Origin: Octopus bimaculoides
Taxonomy: Eukaryota
Assembly: GCF_001194135.2 (NCBI RefSeq)
Contig: NC_068999.1
Span: 221,697 to 285,696 of the forward strand
Length of the DNA: 64,000 bases
Reading direction: 5' to 3'
Shown: positions 52,549 to 64,000 of the stretch, piece by piece
Layout: each line of letters opens with the position of its first letter
Position numbering within the stretch: the stretch's first letter is position 1
Program-made: the position numbers and the translations under genes
The notes under the pieces: generated by a model
Databases searched by the model: none
Seen by the model: the letters and a program-made list of their open reading frames with translations, nothing else
What the model was told of the DNA's origin: nothing

Positions 52549-53569
52549 CCTCTGCAATAATCTGATAGCAAACGATGTAATTTTCCCTCTGCTGTTGGCA
52601 AAATACAAAGAGAAATATAACGATTAAAGCTAGTTTATGATTTTGCATTGCTTGCCGATCTTGTCAATAGTTAAATTCTATTCTTAGTGTTATCTTTGTC
52701 ATTGTCCCTGTCTTTCCTTTCTTATAATATCACAGTCCTGCCACTCAAGGAATGTAGATTGAGCGATAGTTTAGAGTTGAGACCCACTTCACCACCACAG
52801 TCACCACCCCAAAAATTTTCGTTGGTGTATAATTATCTGTTAGAGTAGCTTAATGTTAAGATTAACAGAGCGTACTTTGTATTTGGATACATAAATGACG
52901 TTTTTCGTAGATGCCAGAAATGATAAGATGTGCATTAACTGTGGCTGCTTTAAGTGGTTTGTGTCTTGTTCCCAGCAAGCAAGTGTATCCATGTTCAAAT
53001 ACAATAGAGCCTCATAATTGTACGGTTTTGTATAACAATGCTGTACGTCTCACCATCATAGAATACGAAGAAAAGCAATTTGATTCAGCATCGGTTCTGT
53101 AACCTCCTCTACTTTGCTGCAGGTTTTCCGTCGATAATATATAGAGTAAATGACAATGTCCTCAATGATACTGTGCAAAACGCATGACTTGTTTCGGTAT
53201 TATTAAGACTTTTTAGGGGTTGGTGGGTTGGCAGATTTGTTTTTGGAAAAGAGAAAGCGACTTGCCACGTTTGTTTAGGGCTTTAAGTTTGAATTTGAAT
53301 CGACCACAATTCTGATGAGGAAATTATATTGAGAAATCTTTATTTGATTCATCGTGTACCTTCTCAAGATGCCAGTCAGTGGATTCCAATACGTAGAATC
53401 TTTTGAGTACAATTTCGGATTATATTCTGAGAACAGATTGAATTATCCAGATATATACATGTTATTAGAGTATACTTTCAAAGATATAATGCCATAATGG
53501 GTATAAAATTCTGTTGTGCAAGACAGCAGCTACAGCCCAAGATGTTCAACCTTAAGGGTCACATGTTCT

Positions 53570-53720
53570 GGTGAAGCACACTTCATCCAATACAACGCCA
53601 TATTGCAATCATTTGCAGATGATATTTTCGACTGTGTATGAAATAACAACGTTATCGGTGCTTATTACTGACACAAGGAAGGTCTTAAGGTTGAACATTA
53701 ACGCGTTACCTGTCAAATGC
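53570..53720 (+). pseudogene. Degenerate LINE reverse-transcriptase fragment (FADD region)
   Basis: Joining frames gives NHLQ/FADDIF...TTLSVLITDTRKVLRLNIN, similar to RTE-type NLR(Y/F)ADD...L......GL.LN..KT. Confidence 0.4.
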
Positions 53721-53863
53721 TCCGTTAACCTGTTGCCATTGGAGAATGGTAATGTTTGGAGAAGATGAAGGTCACTTAGACACGCCCATACACATGCACA
53801 CACATATACACGTACCTGGACACACAGGTACGTGTATCTGGCTGTTTTGCATGTATGTAACTA

Positions 53864-54157
53864 CAGGCATATCTCAACTTACGTCTTTTCGAGATACGTC
53901 TTTTTCTGAAATGACGTCGATTCCCTTTTTTAAAGAAATTAAGGGAAAACAGCCTCAAGATCAGTCGATTTATTCTTAAAAGCCTAAAAATTAATAGAAA
54001 ACCTTAAAACTAAATCGGAAAATCATTACATGTGAAGATTTGTACACTCCATATATCAAAACAGATATTAATCTAATAAATTTTGAATATTTTTTCTTGT
54101 TACGTCGTTTTTCGAGTTACGTCGCACCTGTTATTGGTATAAGCCGAGGTATGCATG
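53864..54157. mobile_element. Tigger/pogo-like MITE (294 bp)
   Basis: The left TIR caggcatatctcaactta follows TA. The right end taagccgaggtatgcatg has reverse complement catgcatacctcggctta. Both resemble the Tigger TIR CAGGCATACCTCG. There are subterminal ttacgtc..ttcgag.tacgtc repeats and no ORF. Confidence 0.65.
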
Positions 54158-54799
54158 TTAATATAGCAACCTACAAACCAGTTTTCTTTGACAAATCAAA
54201 TTAATTCAGCCGTTTAGTAAATACATCATTTGCTTGTGTTGCTTTCACGCTTCCATATTATGAAATTTAACGACACTCTCAGGAATGATTTACGACAACG
54301 AGTAGACTTTTAAATTTCTTGCTGGAGTAGGATGGAAAGAATCTTAAGTAAATATACAAAATTGCGATATAGGACACGATGTGGATAAGAGAAATACTTC
54401 TTGGAGTAATTTGATATCACAATATCAAATCGTTTTACACATTTCAGTCTTGGCCTTCGTTAAAATTTTTTTTTTAGTGGCTTCATAAATAACAATTAAT
54501 CGTTGATTTCTTGCGAGGTGATAATGTGTTTTTTCAAGTCGGGAATATCAAGAGAAACTATAACAAACACTTGATATCTCTGCAAATACCAAACTTCAAC
54601 ATCTTCTGTAAATTTAATTACGAAGACTCCACCTCCACACTGTAATAATTATGATGATTGAAGAGCATCTATATATATACATACATTCACAAATGCATAT
54701 ATATGCACATCCACAAATACAGATACACAGACACATATATACATATACATAGATATGCATATACATTCACACATAGTAATTTAATTTATACTTGCATGC

Positions 54800-54832
<33 letters not shown>

Positions 54833-54860
54833 AATAAAGTAGTTGCGTATATATATATAT

Positions 54861-54905
<45 letters not shown>

Positions 54906-56839
54906 CACTTAAATACCTACATATGCAAGTATATATATATATATATGTATATATACGTGCGTGTGTGTGTATAGATATGCTTACGTTTATCTATGGATAT
55001 GTACGCATATCTATGTATCTACACACACTGATGCACGTAAGCACGTACAGCTATAAAAATATGATGTCCAAAAGAATGTTAAATACTTTACTGTATATAT
55101 GTGTATGCATANNNNNNNNNNNNNNNNNNNNNNNNNNNNNNNNNNNNNNNNNNNNNNNNNNNNNNNNNNNNNNNNNNNNNNNNNNNNNNNNNNNNNNNNN
55201 NNNNNNNNNNNNNNNNNNNNNNNNNNNNNNNNNNNNNNNNNNNNNNNNNNNNNNNNNNNNNNNNNNNNNNNNNNNNNNNNNNNNNNNNNNNNNNNNNNNN
55301 NNNNNNNNNNNNNNNNNNNNNNNNNNNNNNNNNNNNNNNNNNNNNNNNNNNNNNNNNNNNNNNNNNNNNNNNNNNNNNNNNNNNNNNNNNNNNNNNNNNN
55401 NNNNNNNNNNNNNNNNNNNNNNNNNNNNNNNNNNNNNNNNNNNNNNNNNNNNNNNNNNNNNNNNNNNNNNNNNNNNNNNNNNNNNNNNNNNNNNNNNNNN
55501 NNNNNNNNNNNNNNNNNNNNNNNNNNNNNNNNNNNNNNNNNNNNNNNNNNNNNNNNNNNNNNNNNNNNNNNNNNNNNNNNNNNNNNNNNNNNNNNNNNNN
55601 NNNNNNNNNNNNNNNNNNNNNNNNNNNNNNNNNNNNNNNNNNNNNNNNNNNNNNNNNNNNNNNNNNNNNNNNNNNNNNNNNNNNNNNNNNNNNNNNNNNN
55701 NNNNNNNNNNNNNNNNNNNNNNNNNNNNNNNNNNNNNNNNNNNNNNNNNNNNNNNNNNNNNNNNNNNNNNNNNNNNNNNNNNNNNNNNNNNNNNNNNNNN
55801 NNNNNNNNNNNNNNNNNNNNNNNNNNNNNNNNNNNNNNNNNNNNNNTATATATATATATATATATTGCTATAGCAATGTTAATATGTAAAATATTTGTTA
55901 CTGTTCCATGCTGCACATTTTAGTGTAAAAGTGTAAAATAACTCGATCTCAGGAGATACTTATGCATATATACATAGATATATACATAGATATATACATA
56001 GATATATACATACGTACATACAGGCATGCTTACACCCTGTATGTTTGTGAGTGTGTGTGTGTGTGTGTGTGTGGCTGTGTGTGTGTGGCTGTGTGTGATG
56101 TGGTCGATTTGAAAATTGTGTTAGGGCGTATTTAATGTACTGTATGAATATTCGCAAACATGTATAATACACACACACACACACACACACACACTATTTA
56201 AATTCATACATACATACATTCAAACATATATATATGCACACCCCACCCTATATAGATATATACACACACGTATAGATGCATACATATACACACACCTACG
56301 ACTGTACTTTACTTTTAATGTGTGCAAACTTAATAGATTTGTTAAATAGCTGCAGCCGAGCCCCACCCTGCCATGCCCACCACCAACCAGTAGTATCAGA
56401 ACAACCGTCAAAAGCGCTAAAATATTCATAGTGAGAGAGAGAGAGAGAGGGGGAGAGAGGGAAAGGGAAAGAGAAAGCGTGGGTGGGGGTTGTAAAAAAA
56501 CAATAAATAACCAGTAAAATATTCATATAAAACAAGAGGAAACAATAACGAAACAGTGACAAGGAGAATAACTGGAGCTAAGAAAGGGTAATTTATCTGA
56601 AAGTTTATTGATTGTGTGTTGTGCCTCTCTTGTGATTTACGTAGAACACTTTAATCAGAGATGGTCGTTTACAGTAAATAGAAAAATAAAATAGAAATAA
56701 AGAGAAAATATATAAAAATGTCCATCAGGGATATTATGAAGAAGAGATGGCTCTATTTTACTTGTTTTATTTTATTTAATTTTCTGTTTGTTTTCTTTCT
56801 CGCGGTTATATTGTCGGAAATAAGAGTGACGTTGAAGGT

Positions 56840-57170
56840 TGATGGTGATAGTAATGTAGACGACGATGATGATGATGATGATGATGATGATTTTGGTGAC
56901 GGCGGTGGGGGGGGGGTCGTTTTCGTGGTGCTGGCTGATAGTGTTTCTGGTGATGATAACGTTGTTGTTATTCATGATGATGATGATGAGGAGAAGGAGG
57001 AAGAAAGTGATGATGATCATTACTATAGTGATGATCGTCTTGTTGATGCTGCTACAGCTGAGGATGAAAACGACGATGACGATGATGATGATGATGGTGA
57101 AGGCGGTGGTGATGATGGTGACGACGACGACTACGACGATGACGATGAGGATAATGATGATGGTGCTTTT
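56840..57170. repeat. (GAT/GAC/GGT)n mosaic trinucleotide tract
   Basis: Visible. It gives Asp-, Met-, Ile- and His-rich ORFs in several frames. Confidence 0.85.
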
Positions 57171-57358
57171 CGTTCTCATCACCAATATTGTAGCCGATCC
57201 TCCAAATTCCCTCAGAATCACTCGAACCTATAATCAAAGACATTCGAGATGTGACCACCCTGTTTTTTGGGGGGGATTGAGTAGAACTGTATTACCCAAT
57301 CCATACCATCCTTGTTTATAATAGCACTATGTGATTTGATGTAGATTTGGGGATTTGA

Positions 57359-57410
57359 AATATTTAAATTCGATCCATTGGATTAATATTTAAATTCGAT
57401 CCATTGGATT
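57359..57410. repeat. Perfect 26-bp tandem duplication
   Basis: aatatttaaattcgatccattggatt occurs twice. Confidence 0.9.
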
Positions 57411-57569
57411 GCTACATAGACCCATACAGACCATTCGTACCAATTCCTGGTCTAAAAGTGAAGGAGCAACTTTCGCCGGAAATAGAGTCTAAGCGATGAT
57501 CAAATTTTAGGGAGAGCTTAGCAACTGTTGCTGCTCTATCGTTGTAAATATTAGCCTCAAATTTTGGTA

Positions 57570-57762
57570 CAATTCCGGCAAATTCAGGGAAGGAGACTCA
57601 ATTGATGACATCAATCTCAGTGCTCAACCGGTATTTATTTCGTAGACTTCGAAAGAGACGCAAAGTCGACCTCAGTGGAATTTGAACTTAGAACGTAAAG
57701 ACGGACGAAATGCTGTTAAACATTTTACCCGGCGTACTAACGGTTCCGGAAGCTTGTCGCTT
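57570..57762 (-). mobile_element. SINE family A
   Basis: cagtgctcaaccggtatttatttcg...caaagtcgacctcagtggaatttgaacttagaacgtaaagacggacgaaatgc...ggcgtactaacggttccggaagcttgtcgc. Confidence 0.85.
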
Positions 57763-59155
57763 TCGTCAACGTTAATATTAACCAAATATCTATATTCCGG
57801 CTGGGCGATATTACAATCACTTATTCACATATTGGTACGCAATATCCCCACTCCTCAACGACTATCTGTTTATGTCCGAGCTTCCAAACAGTCATTCGTG
57901 TACAAATATATTACAGACCTTTGTATATATTGATTGAACAGTTTTGGTCAACATTTTTCGTTCGCTTTCTTTATTAATAACGCGCGCGTGTGTGTGTATA
58001 TGTGTGTGCGTATGCGCGTGTGTGTCTCTGTCGGTTTTTTTGTTTTATTCGTATTTTGTTGTTTGTTTTTGCTGTCTGAAAGCAATGTCAGGACATCATA
58101 ATAGAAATATTAGAAAGATCAAATACAGATTTAGACTGACCATATGACATTTATGGAAAGAGGTTAACTAATAGACACACCGAAGAAAAAGAAGAGGAGA
58201 AAGACAGTGAGATATGATAAAGAGATAACTTAACATTGAACAGGAGAGGGGTAAGAGAGATTAGAGATAAGTGAGAGAGAGAGAGGGGGGATAAAAGAGT
58301 TACACACGTGTGTGTGTGTATATATATGTATATATATATATATATATATACATATGTGCATATACCTACTTATATATAGACATTTATATATAATATATAC
58401 ATACAAACACACACACTTATAAGAGCCAGTGGGATTAAAGAGAGAGAAAGTTGGAGATAAAATAGAAACATTAAGATAAATAAGGATAAAGAAGAGGCTG
58501 TTTACGTGGAACAGATATAGAATCTACACACACACACATACATATAGATGTATACACTCACACCATATAAACTAATATCTATCTATCTATTCATATATAT
58601 ATATATATATATATATTTATAATATACACACGTGATAGACGTGAAGACCTTTGATTAAATTCATACATCAAATAGCGGTTAAAGCTAGGTTCATCTATTG
58701 GTTATCACTCGATTTACTGGCGTAATTCTTCTCTTCTTTCGTCCCCTATTTCATCTTATCATCATCATCGTTGTTGTTGTTGTTGTTCTCGTGGCTGTCC
58801 TTGCTCTCCATCCCTGTTTATTGTTATCCTTTCATCACTACAAAATCAATTTCGTATTGGCTGATTCTTAAATCGGTTCCAAAAAAAAAAACAAAAAAAC
58901 AAAGAAAAACGCCAAACAAATACAAAAATAAAAAAATAAAATAAAGTAATAGTATATAAAGAAATAAACCAAATAAACTTCAAAACGTTATTTGCATCTA
59001 ATTTAATCCAGTCGAGCATCAAGCTAACAAACCACTTACTAATTACGCCCAGTTTCTGATTATTACGGATGATTGGCGATCAGTGAACCCGGAACGGGGC
59101 GTCAATGTTGGTTCCGAAATATATGTACAGGTATGTATATATGTACATGTATGTA

Positions 59156-59193
<38 letters not shown>

Positions 59194-59199
59194 TGTGTG

Positions 59200-59233
59200 T
59201 GGAGGCCCGTGGTTTAGTGGTTAGGGGGTTGCA
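59200..59233 (+). mobile_element. SINE family C, A-box stub
   Basis: ggaggcccgtggtttagtggttagggggttgca matches the starts of the 23784 and 36953 copies. Confidence 0.55.
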
Positions 59234-59451
59234 TTTTATTTGAAAATTTTCTTTTTCTTTTCACGAGGGGAATTTAGTTTGGCACCGTTCATTATAGCTG
59301 TTCTTGATATCCATCCATCGATGTAACACTAGATTTTTCTGTTGTATTTCGCCTTTATATATATCTTCCCCTAAAATTCAGTAACTTTGTAGTCCAATAA
59401 AAGAAATTATCCCTTCTTCTCCTCCTCCTTCTTCTTATTATTGTTATCATT

Positions 59452-59656
59452 AATGCAAAGAGCAGGCAAAATCGCTAGCCCCCTGGCGCAATGTTTAGCG
59501 TTATTTCGTCTGTCTTTAGGTTCTGAGATCAAATGTCGCAAAAGTCGACTTTGCCTTTTATCTTTTCGGGGTCGATAAATTATGTACCAGTGAAACACTG
59601 GGGTCGATGTAATCCACTCCCATCAAATTTCAGGCCTTGTGCCTAGAGTAGAAAGG

Positions 59657-59662
<6 letters not shown>
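59452..59662 (+). mobile_element. SINE family A, full length with (TTA)n tail
   Basis: ggcaaaatcgctagc...ggttctgagatcaaatgtcgc...gtcgactttgcc...ggggtcgataaattatgtaccagtgaaacactggggtcgatgtaatc...gagtagaaagggttattattatt. Confidence 0.85.
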
Positions 59663-59694
<32 letters not shown>

Positions 59695-59913
59695 TAGCAG
59701 CCGCAGTAAAGTGAGTGGAGTTCAGTGTGGTGACATGTTCGTCTTAGTATTCTCTTTTTGGTTGGAGATCTTCCAGCAGCAAAACAACCAGATTTTAAGT
59801 GCGAAGAGATGTTTTGTACACTTCGTGCCTAACCAAACAATAAGTTCTGTATGTAACGTATGTCTGCCATACGATGTTTGTGCATGCGTTTGTGCGTATA
59901 TATGTGTGTATAA

Positions 59914-59979
<66 letters not shown>

Positions 59980-60297
59980 AGTTATGTGTATGTNNNNNNN
60001 NNNNNNNNNNNNNNNNNNNNNNNNNNNNNNNNNNNNNNNNNNNNNNNNNNNNNNNNNNNNNNNNNNNNNNNNNNNNNNNNNNNNNNNNNNNNNNNNNNNN
60101 NNNNNNNNNNNNNNNNNNNNNNNNNNNNNNNNNNNNNNNNNNNNNNNNNNNNNNNNNNNNNNNNNNNNNNNNNNNNNNNNNNNNNNNNNNNNNTATATAT
60201 ACACACACACACACACGCACGCACACACATATATATACATACACATATGTCTCTCTCTATACACTATATACACAAAACACTCTCACGCTCAAGTTCA

Positions 60298-60340
<43 letters not shown>

Positions 60341-61029
60341 ACAAAGAAATAACAAAAATACAATGTTAAAATGCCCAGCAGCGCAAGAAATGATATTATA
60401 TTTATTCATTTAAAATCCTTTTTTTTTTAACATTTTAATAATATTTAGAGTAAAAAAGTTTTCGTAAAATCGTGATTTTTAATTGTGTAGTAGATTGTGT
60501 ATTTTTGTGTCTGCGTGCGTGATTGAATTTGTTTCTAGTCCTATATAAGTGCTTCTTGAAAAAAGGATAAAAAAAAATTGTTCTGTATTTGGCCTGTCAT
60601 TCGCTTAGATACTCAGTGGTGACAAGCATATGGAGAGACAACACAGGCAATACGATCGCCACCACCCAGTTATTTATTTCTTGCGGCACATCTACCACAA
60701 ACACCTCTATCTTGCGTCGCACCATTTACTAGACTACCAAGATTAATTCTTCATTTTTGGTAGAGGCCGTGGACTGATCTATCTTTCACAGTAGCATAAA
60801 CGTGTGCTATGAATGATATTCATTATTTCGGCCATAAAGGATTTTAGGCACCTTATTACAAGGCCTTTATGGTTACCGAAGACCTCCTCGTTTTTCCTAC
60901 AATATATTCTATTATTTTTCTCCTGCCACCTTGGTCTCATAACCCCGCTTATTCGCTTTCCATCGTGTATAACTGGCCGAGAACACAAACTTTTCACTCA
61001 GAAACCGGTCTGTGGCAGAGTTCAACGAC

Positions 61030-61186
61030 AGCAATTTTAGAGAGAGGGGCCGGGGGTTAAGTCGGTTATACTGAACCCAGTGTTCAACTGGTCCTTATAA
61101 TATCGTTCCACGATGAGATGAAAAGCAAAGACGACTTTGATATTTGAACTCAGAATGTAAAGTACCGGGGGAAATGCTGTAAAGTG
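61030..61186 (-). mobile_element. SINE family A, degenerate
   Basis: cagcaattttagagagagggg...cccagtgttcaactggt...gatgaaaagcaaagacgac...atttgaactcagaatgtaaag. Confidence 0.7.
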
Positions 61187-61930
61187 TATAGGAAGGAGTG
61201 AAATATAAATCTACATTTTGTCATTTTAATCATCCCTGCTTCGTGTGCTCAATATGAATGACTTAGAGCTTGACTAAGTCTCACCTCGCAGTAGATGTAT
61301 TTTTGACTGTTGGTATATAAGAAAAGTTGTTCTTAGGTAATGTATGACACTGAAGAAGTGCATTCATGCCGAGACACGTGTCTGACGGTATGGTCGGTGC
61401 CAAGAATTTTTACATACACTATCTGCAAGGTGAAAGTTTTTACGAGAAGGTCTATTACACTCGAATGCATAGGAAACTTAGCGTACTCATCACTAACAGT
61501 TAAGTTCATGTTTTACATATTCAATTTAGATGACAACTGAGTAATTAACTCCAGTGACTTTAAGAAACGGTATCATTGACGTCACTGAAATATCTACAAG
61601 CAAAGCTCGCAGTTACTGTGTGTCTACGTTTCGAATTTTCATAAACCCTCTGTAGTCATAGACGCTCGTTTTCATCATTCTCGACTTGAATACAAATTTA
61701 GAGTGTGTCATCTTTCGACGAAAATTTGAATTTTGTTAATAGCTTTTAGGTTACGGGTTTTACTTTTTTTAATTTCAGGATGTCTTCCGACGTCCATTTT
61801 ATTGCAACGAAACTGCAGTTTACTGCTGAGACTGCCAGCCATAAACGACACCACAGAGTTTATTGCCTCCATCAGTTTTCCGGTTACGCTCATTCATCTG
61901 TATCAGGTTTGATCGCCACCGGATATATAT

Positions 61931-61964
<34 letters not shown>

Positions 61965-62063
61965 ATCTGTATATATATATATATATATATATCCATGCAT
62001 ACATACACACACACAAATACATGCATACACATATATATATACACATGTACATACATATATACA

Positions 62064-62108
<45 letters not shown>

Positions 62109-62549
62109 GTAAATATACATACTTATTACTTATTTCGTATTAAATCTGCAATTTGGTAACTTGCCAGCTTTTCCGCCATCATTGATTCCCAGCTGTGGAC
62201 AATGTTTCACCGTTCCCAACTCAATTCCTTTTTCATTGATTTTATTAGCAGTATTTATTGGATTGCCAGGACTGTGTGGCCCTTCTGGCACATTTCTCTG
62301 CATAAAAGTTTATACTGACCTTAATGCTTGACAGTTTTACAGTTGACAGTATATCTTCCAAATGTATCTCACAATTGGTTTTCACGATAATGTGCATGTA
62401 GGGCGAACGAAAAGATATTAGGTCCCACAAGTTTCGTAATCCCTTCACGTAAAAGTTAGGGGTTTGATTATTGAACAGGAGCCAGAGAGAAGGGTGGATG
62501 GAAAATTTCCTTTGTATTATCGATTTGTCATCTCAGTCAATTTCCTGTT

Positions 62550-62772
62550 TCCTTCAAAGACATGTCGTTCGCTTCACCGACAATCGGTGGACTCGCGCAG
62601 CTGTCGAAGGATATCTGTATGAGCGGGAGGCTTCCATTACGGGGGGTTGACGAAATACAACAAGTGCTTGGCGCTCCATGGATGAGGAAGGCATGATCCA
62701 GAGAAAAATGGACGGCGTGCTGTGACCAGTGGCGTTGAAACGACGCCTGACAGTCTGGTCGGTAAAAGTGAT
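62550..62772 (+). mobile_element. RTE-clade LINE 3' end
   Basis: RHVVRFTDNRWTRAAVEG... (compare GHV.R..DNRWT..V.EW.PR), followed by a degenerate W...A..R..W tail and the UTR. Confidence 0.75.
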
Positions 62773-62789
62773 CAAGATCTATCTATCTG

Positions 62790-62860
<71 letters not shown>

Positions 62861-63299
62861 ACGCGCGCGTGTCTAAGCAAAGCAGTATTAGATTAATATA
62901 GCAATCTATATATCATATTTGCTGTAAATACATCGTTGGAAGGCAAATTTATTTCGGTATTCCTGCGGATATAACATCCCTTATGGGTGAAGTAGGTTTA
63001 AAATCACTTTATGTCGGAATGAGATGGAAATCATTCCAGCAGCGATTAGGGAGAAAGCCAGTTGCATTGGAATTGTCAATAGCGTAGTTCTCACAGCCAA
63101 GCACAAGTTTAGAAGAGATTAGTCGTCAATATCTAGGAAAATAGTGACGAAACCTTCATTTGTATTGCGAATACGCACTTATGCTAAACATCTGTAATGT
63201 TCTATCTTCGCTTACAGTGCTTTTAGTGGTAAGTCAGTTTCTGAATAGCCGTGTCTTTCTGGTTGAGTATGTATGTGTGCGCGTGTACATATATGGTAT

Positions 63300-63680
63300 A
63301 TGTATGCATGTTCTTATTCAGTTTTATTTTAAGATTTCTTGCCAATAGAGAAAGAGCCGGTTTCTAACCTAGAACCAAGGCGCCTTCATTGGAATTACAT
63401 CAACAACAGTGCATTTTTGTATGCATGTATGTATGCATATGTGCAGATTTGTATGTTTTGTTTATGTTTGTATTCTCATGCATATAGTTGCATATCTAGA
63501 CATGCTCACATATGTTTATATTATAAACTTCTGGAAAGCTTTACAGATCTTTACAGTTCTAGTGGATTGGATCTGTAGTCTTCGAATTAGCTTTATCCTT
63601 TCTAGTTTTGAGAAACCTGATTTCTCAAGATTGATATTTAAGGAGTGTGTTACATATCCCAGGACCCGATAATTACAAGT
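63300..63680 (-). mobile_element. Second copy of the RLE LINE 3' end seen at 49.8-50.4 kb
   Basis: The minus strand reads VIIG..G.V...L..NLEK.GFSKLERIKLIRRLQIQS.RTVKICKAFQKFII*. It has the same 3' UTR motif (ccaatgaagg.gccttgg.tctaggttagaaaccggctctttctctattggcaagaaatct). Confidence 0.85.
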
Positions 63681-64000
63681 ATAAATATGTGTATATATGT
63701 GTGTCCGTGGTGTGTGTATGTGTTTGTATCTGTGTGCCTGTATGCGTGTGTATATTTACAGATATATATATACATATATACATATATATATATACATATA
63801 TACATATATATATATATACATATATACATATATATATATACATATATACATATATATATATATACATATATACATATACATATATACATATATATATATA
63901 TATACATATATATATACATATATACATATATATATACATATATACATATATATATACATATATACATATATATATACATATATACATATATATATACATA

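Larger units (their letters stand above)
1..64000. repeat. Dense microsatellites throughout ((AT)n, (CA)n, (GA)n, (TATC)n, (CATA)n, (TAG)n, (AAT)n, (TATACA)n) and 18 assembly gaps
   Basis: Directly visible. N runs start near 530, 1743, 6833, 18519, 20506, 22947, 24621, 28869, 30056, 32387, 33731, 37224, 37624, 39541, 47735, 52089, 55112 and 59994. Confidence 0.98.

Noticed and set aside
52911-53102. ORF MPEMIRCALTVAALSGLCLV... after a good acceptor
   Set aside because: It is only 63 aa, has no family match or convincing donor, and sits in a region of degenerate TE-like sequence. It cannot be supported.
1347-60413. Long ORFs (up to 462 aa) rich in X, IY, HT, CV or RE repeats
   Set aside because: They run through N-gaps and dinucleotide microsatellites, which contain no stop codons. 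They are not evidence of coding.

Overview
Repeat-saturated eukaryotic DNA from a draft assembly. It has 18 N-gaps, nearly all bordered by (AT)n/(CA)n/(GA)n microsatellites. The SINE families, low GC and microsatellite density point to an octopus genome; this is inferred from recognising the SINE sequences, not from a search. I could not identify any complete protein-coding gene, rRNA, functional tRNA or CRISPR array. Most ORFs in the track are artefacts of microsatellites or N runs. The non-microsatellite sequence is mainly a transposon graveyard: about 20 copies or fragments of three tRNA-derived SINE families, five Penelope-like element (PLE) pieces, several with hammerhead-ribozyme-like motifs, R4/Dong-like and a second RLE-type LINE, RTE and Tx1-like LINE 3' ends, mariner and Tc1/maT transposase fragments, a Helitron fragment, a Tigger-like MITE and two fold-back hairpins. 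Several isolated segments have good splice sites and open frames and may be exons of an unidentified host gene; these are low confidence. I found no convincing wholly new system. The best leads are the hammerhead motifs, (AAT)n-targeted Dong insertions (one in an inverted arrangement), a structured duplicated LINE 3' UTR, and near-perfect hairpins that could be ADAR substrates.
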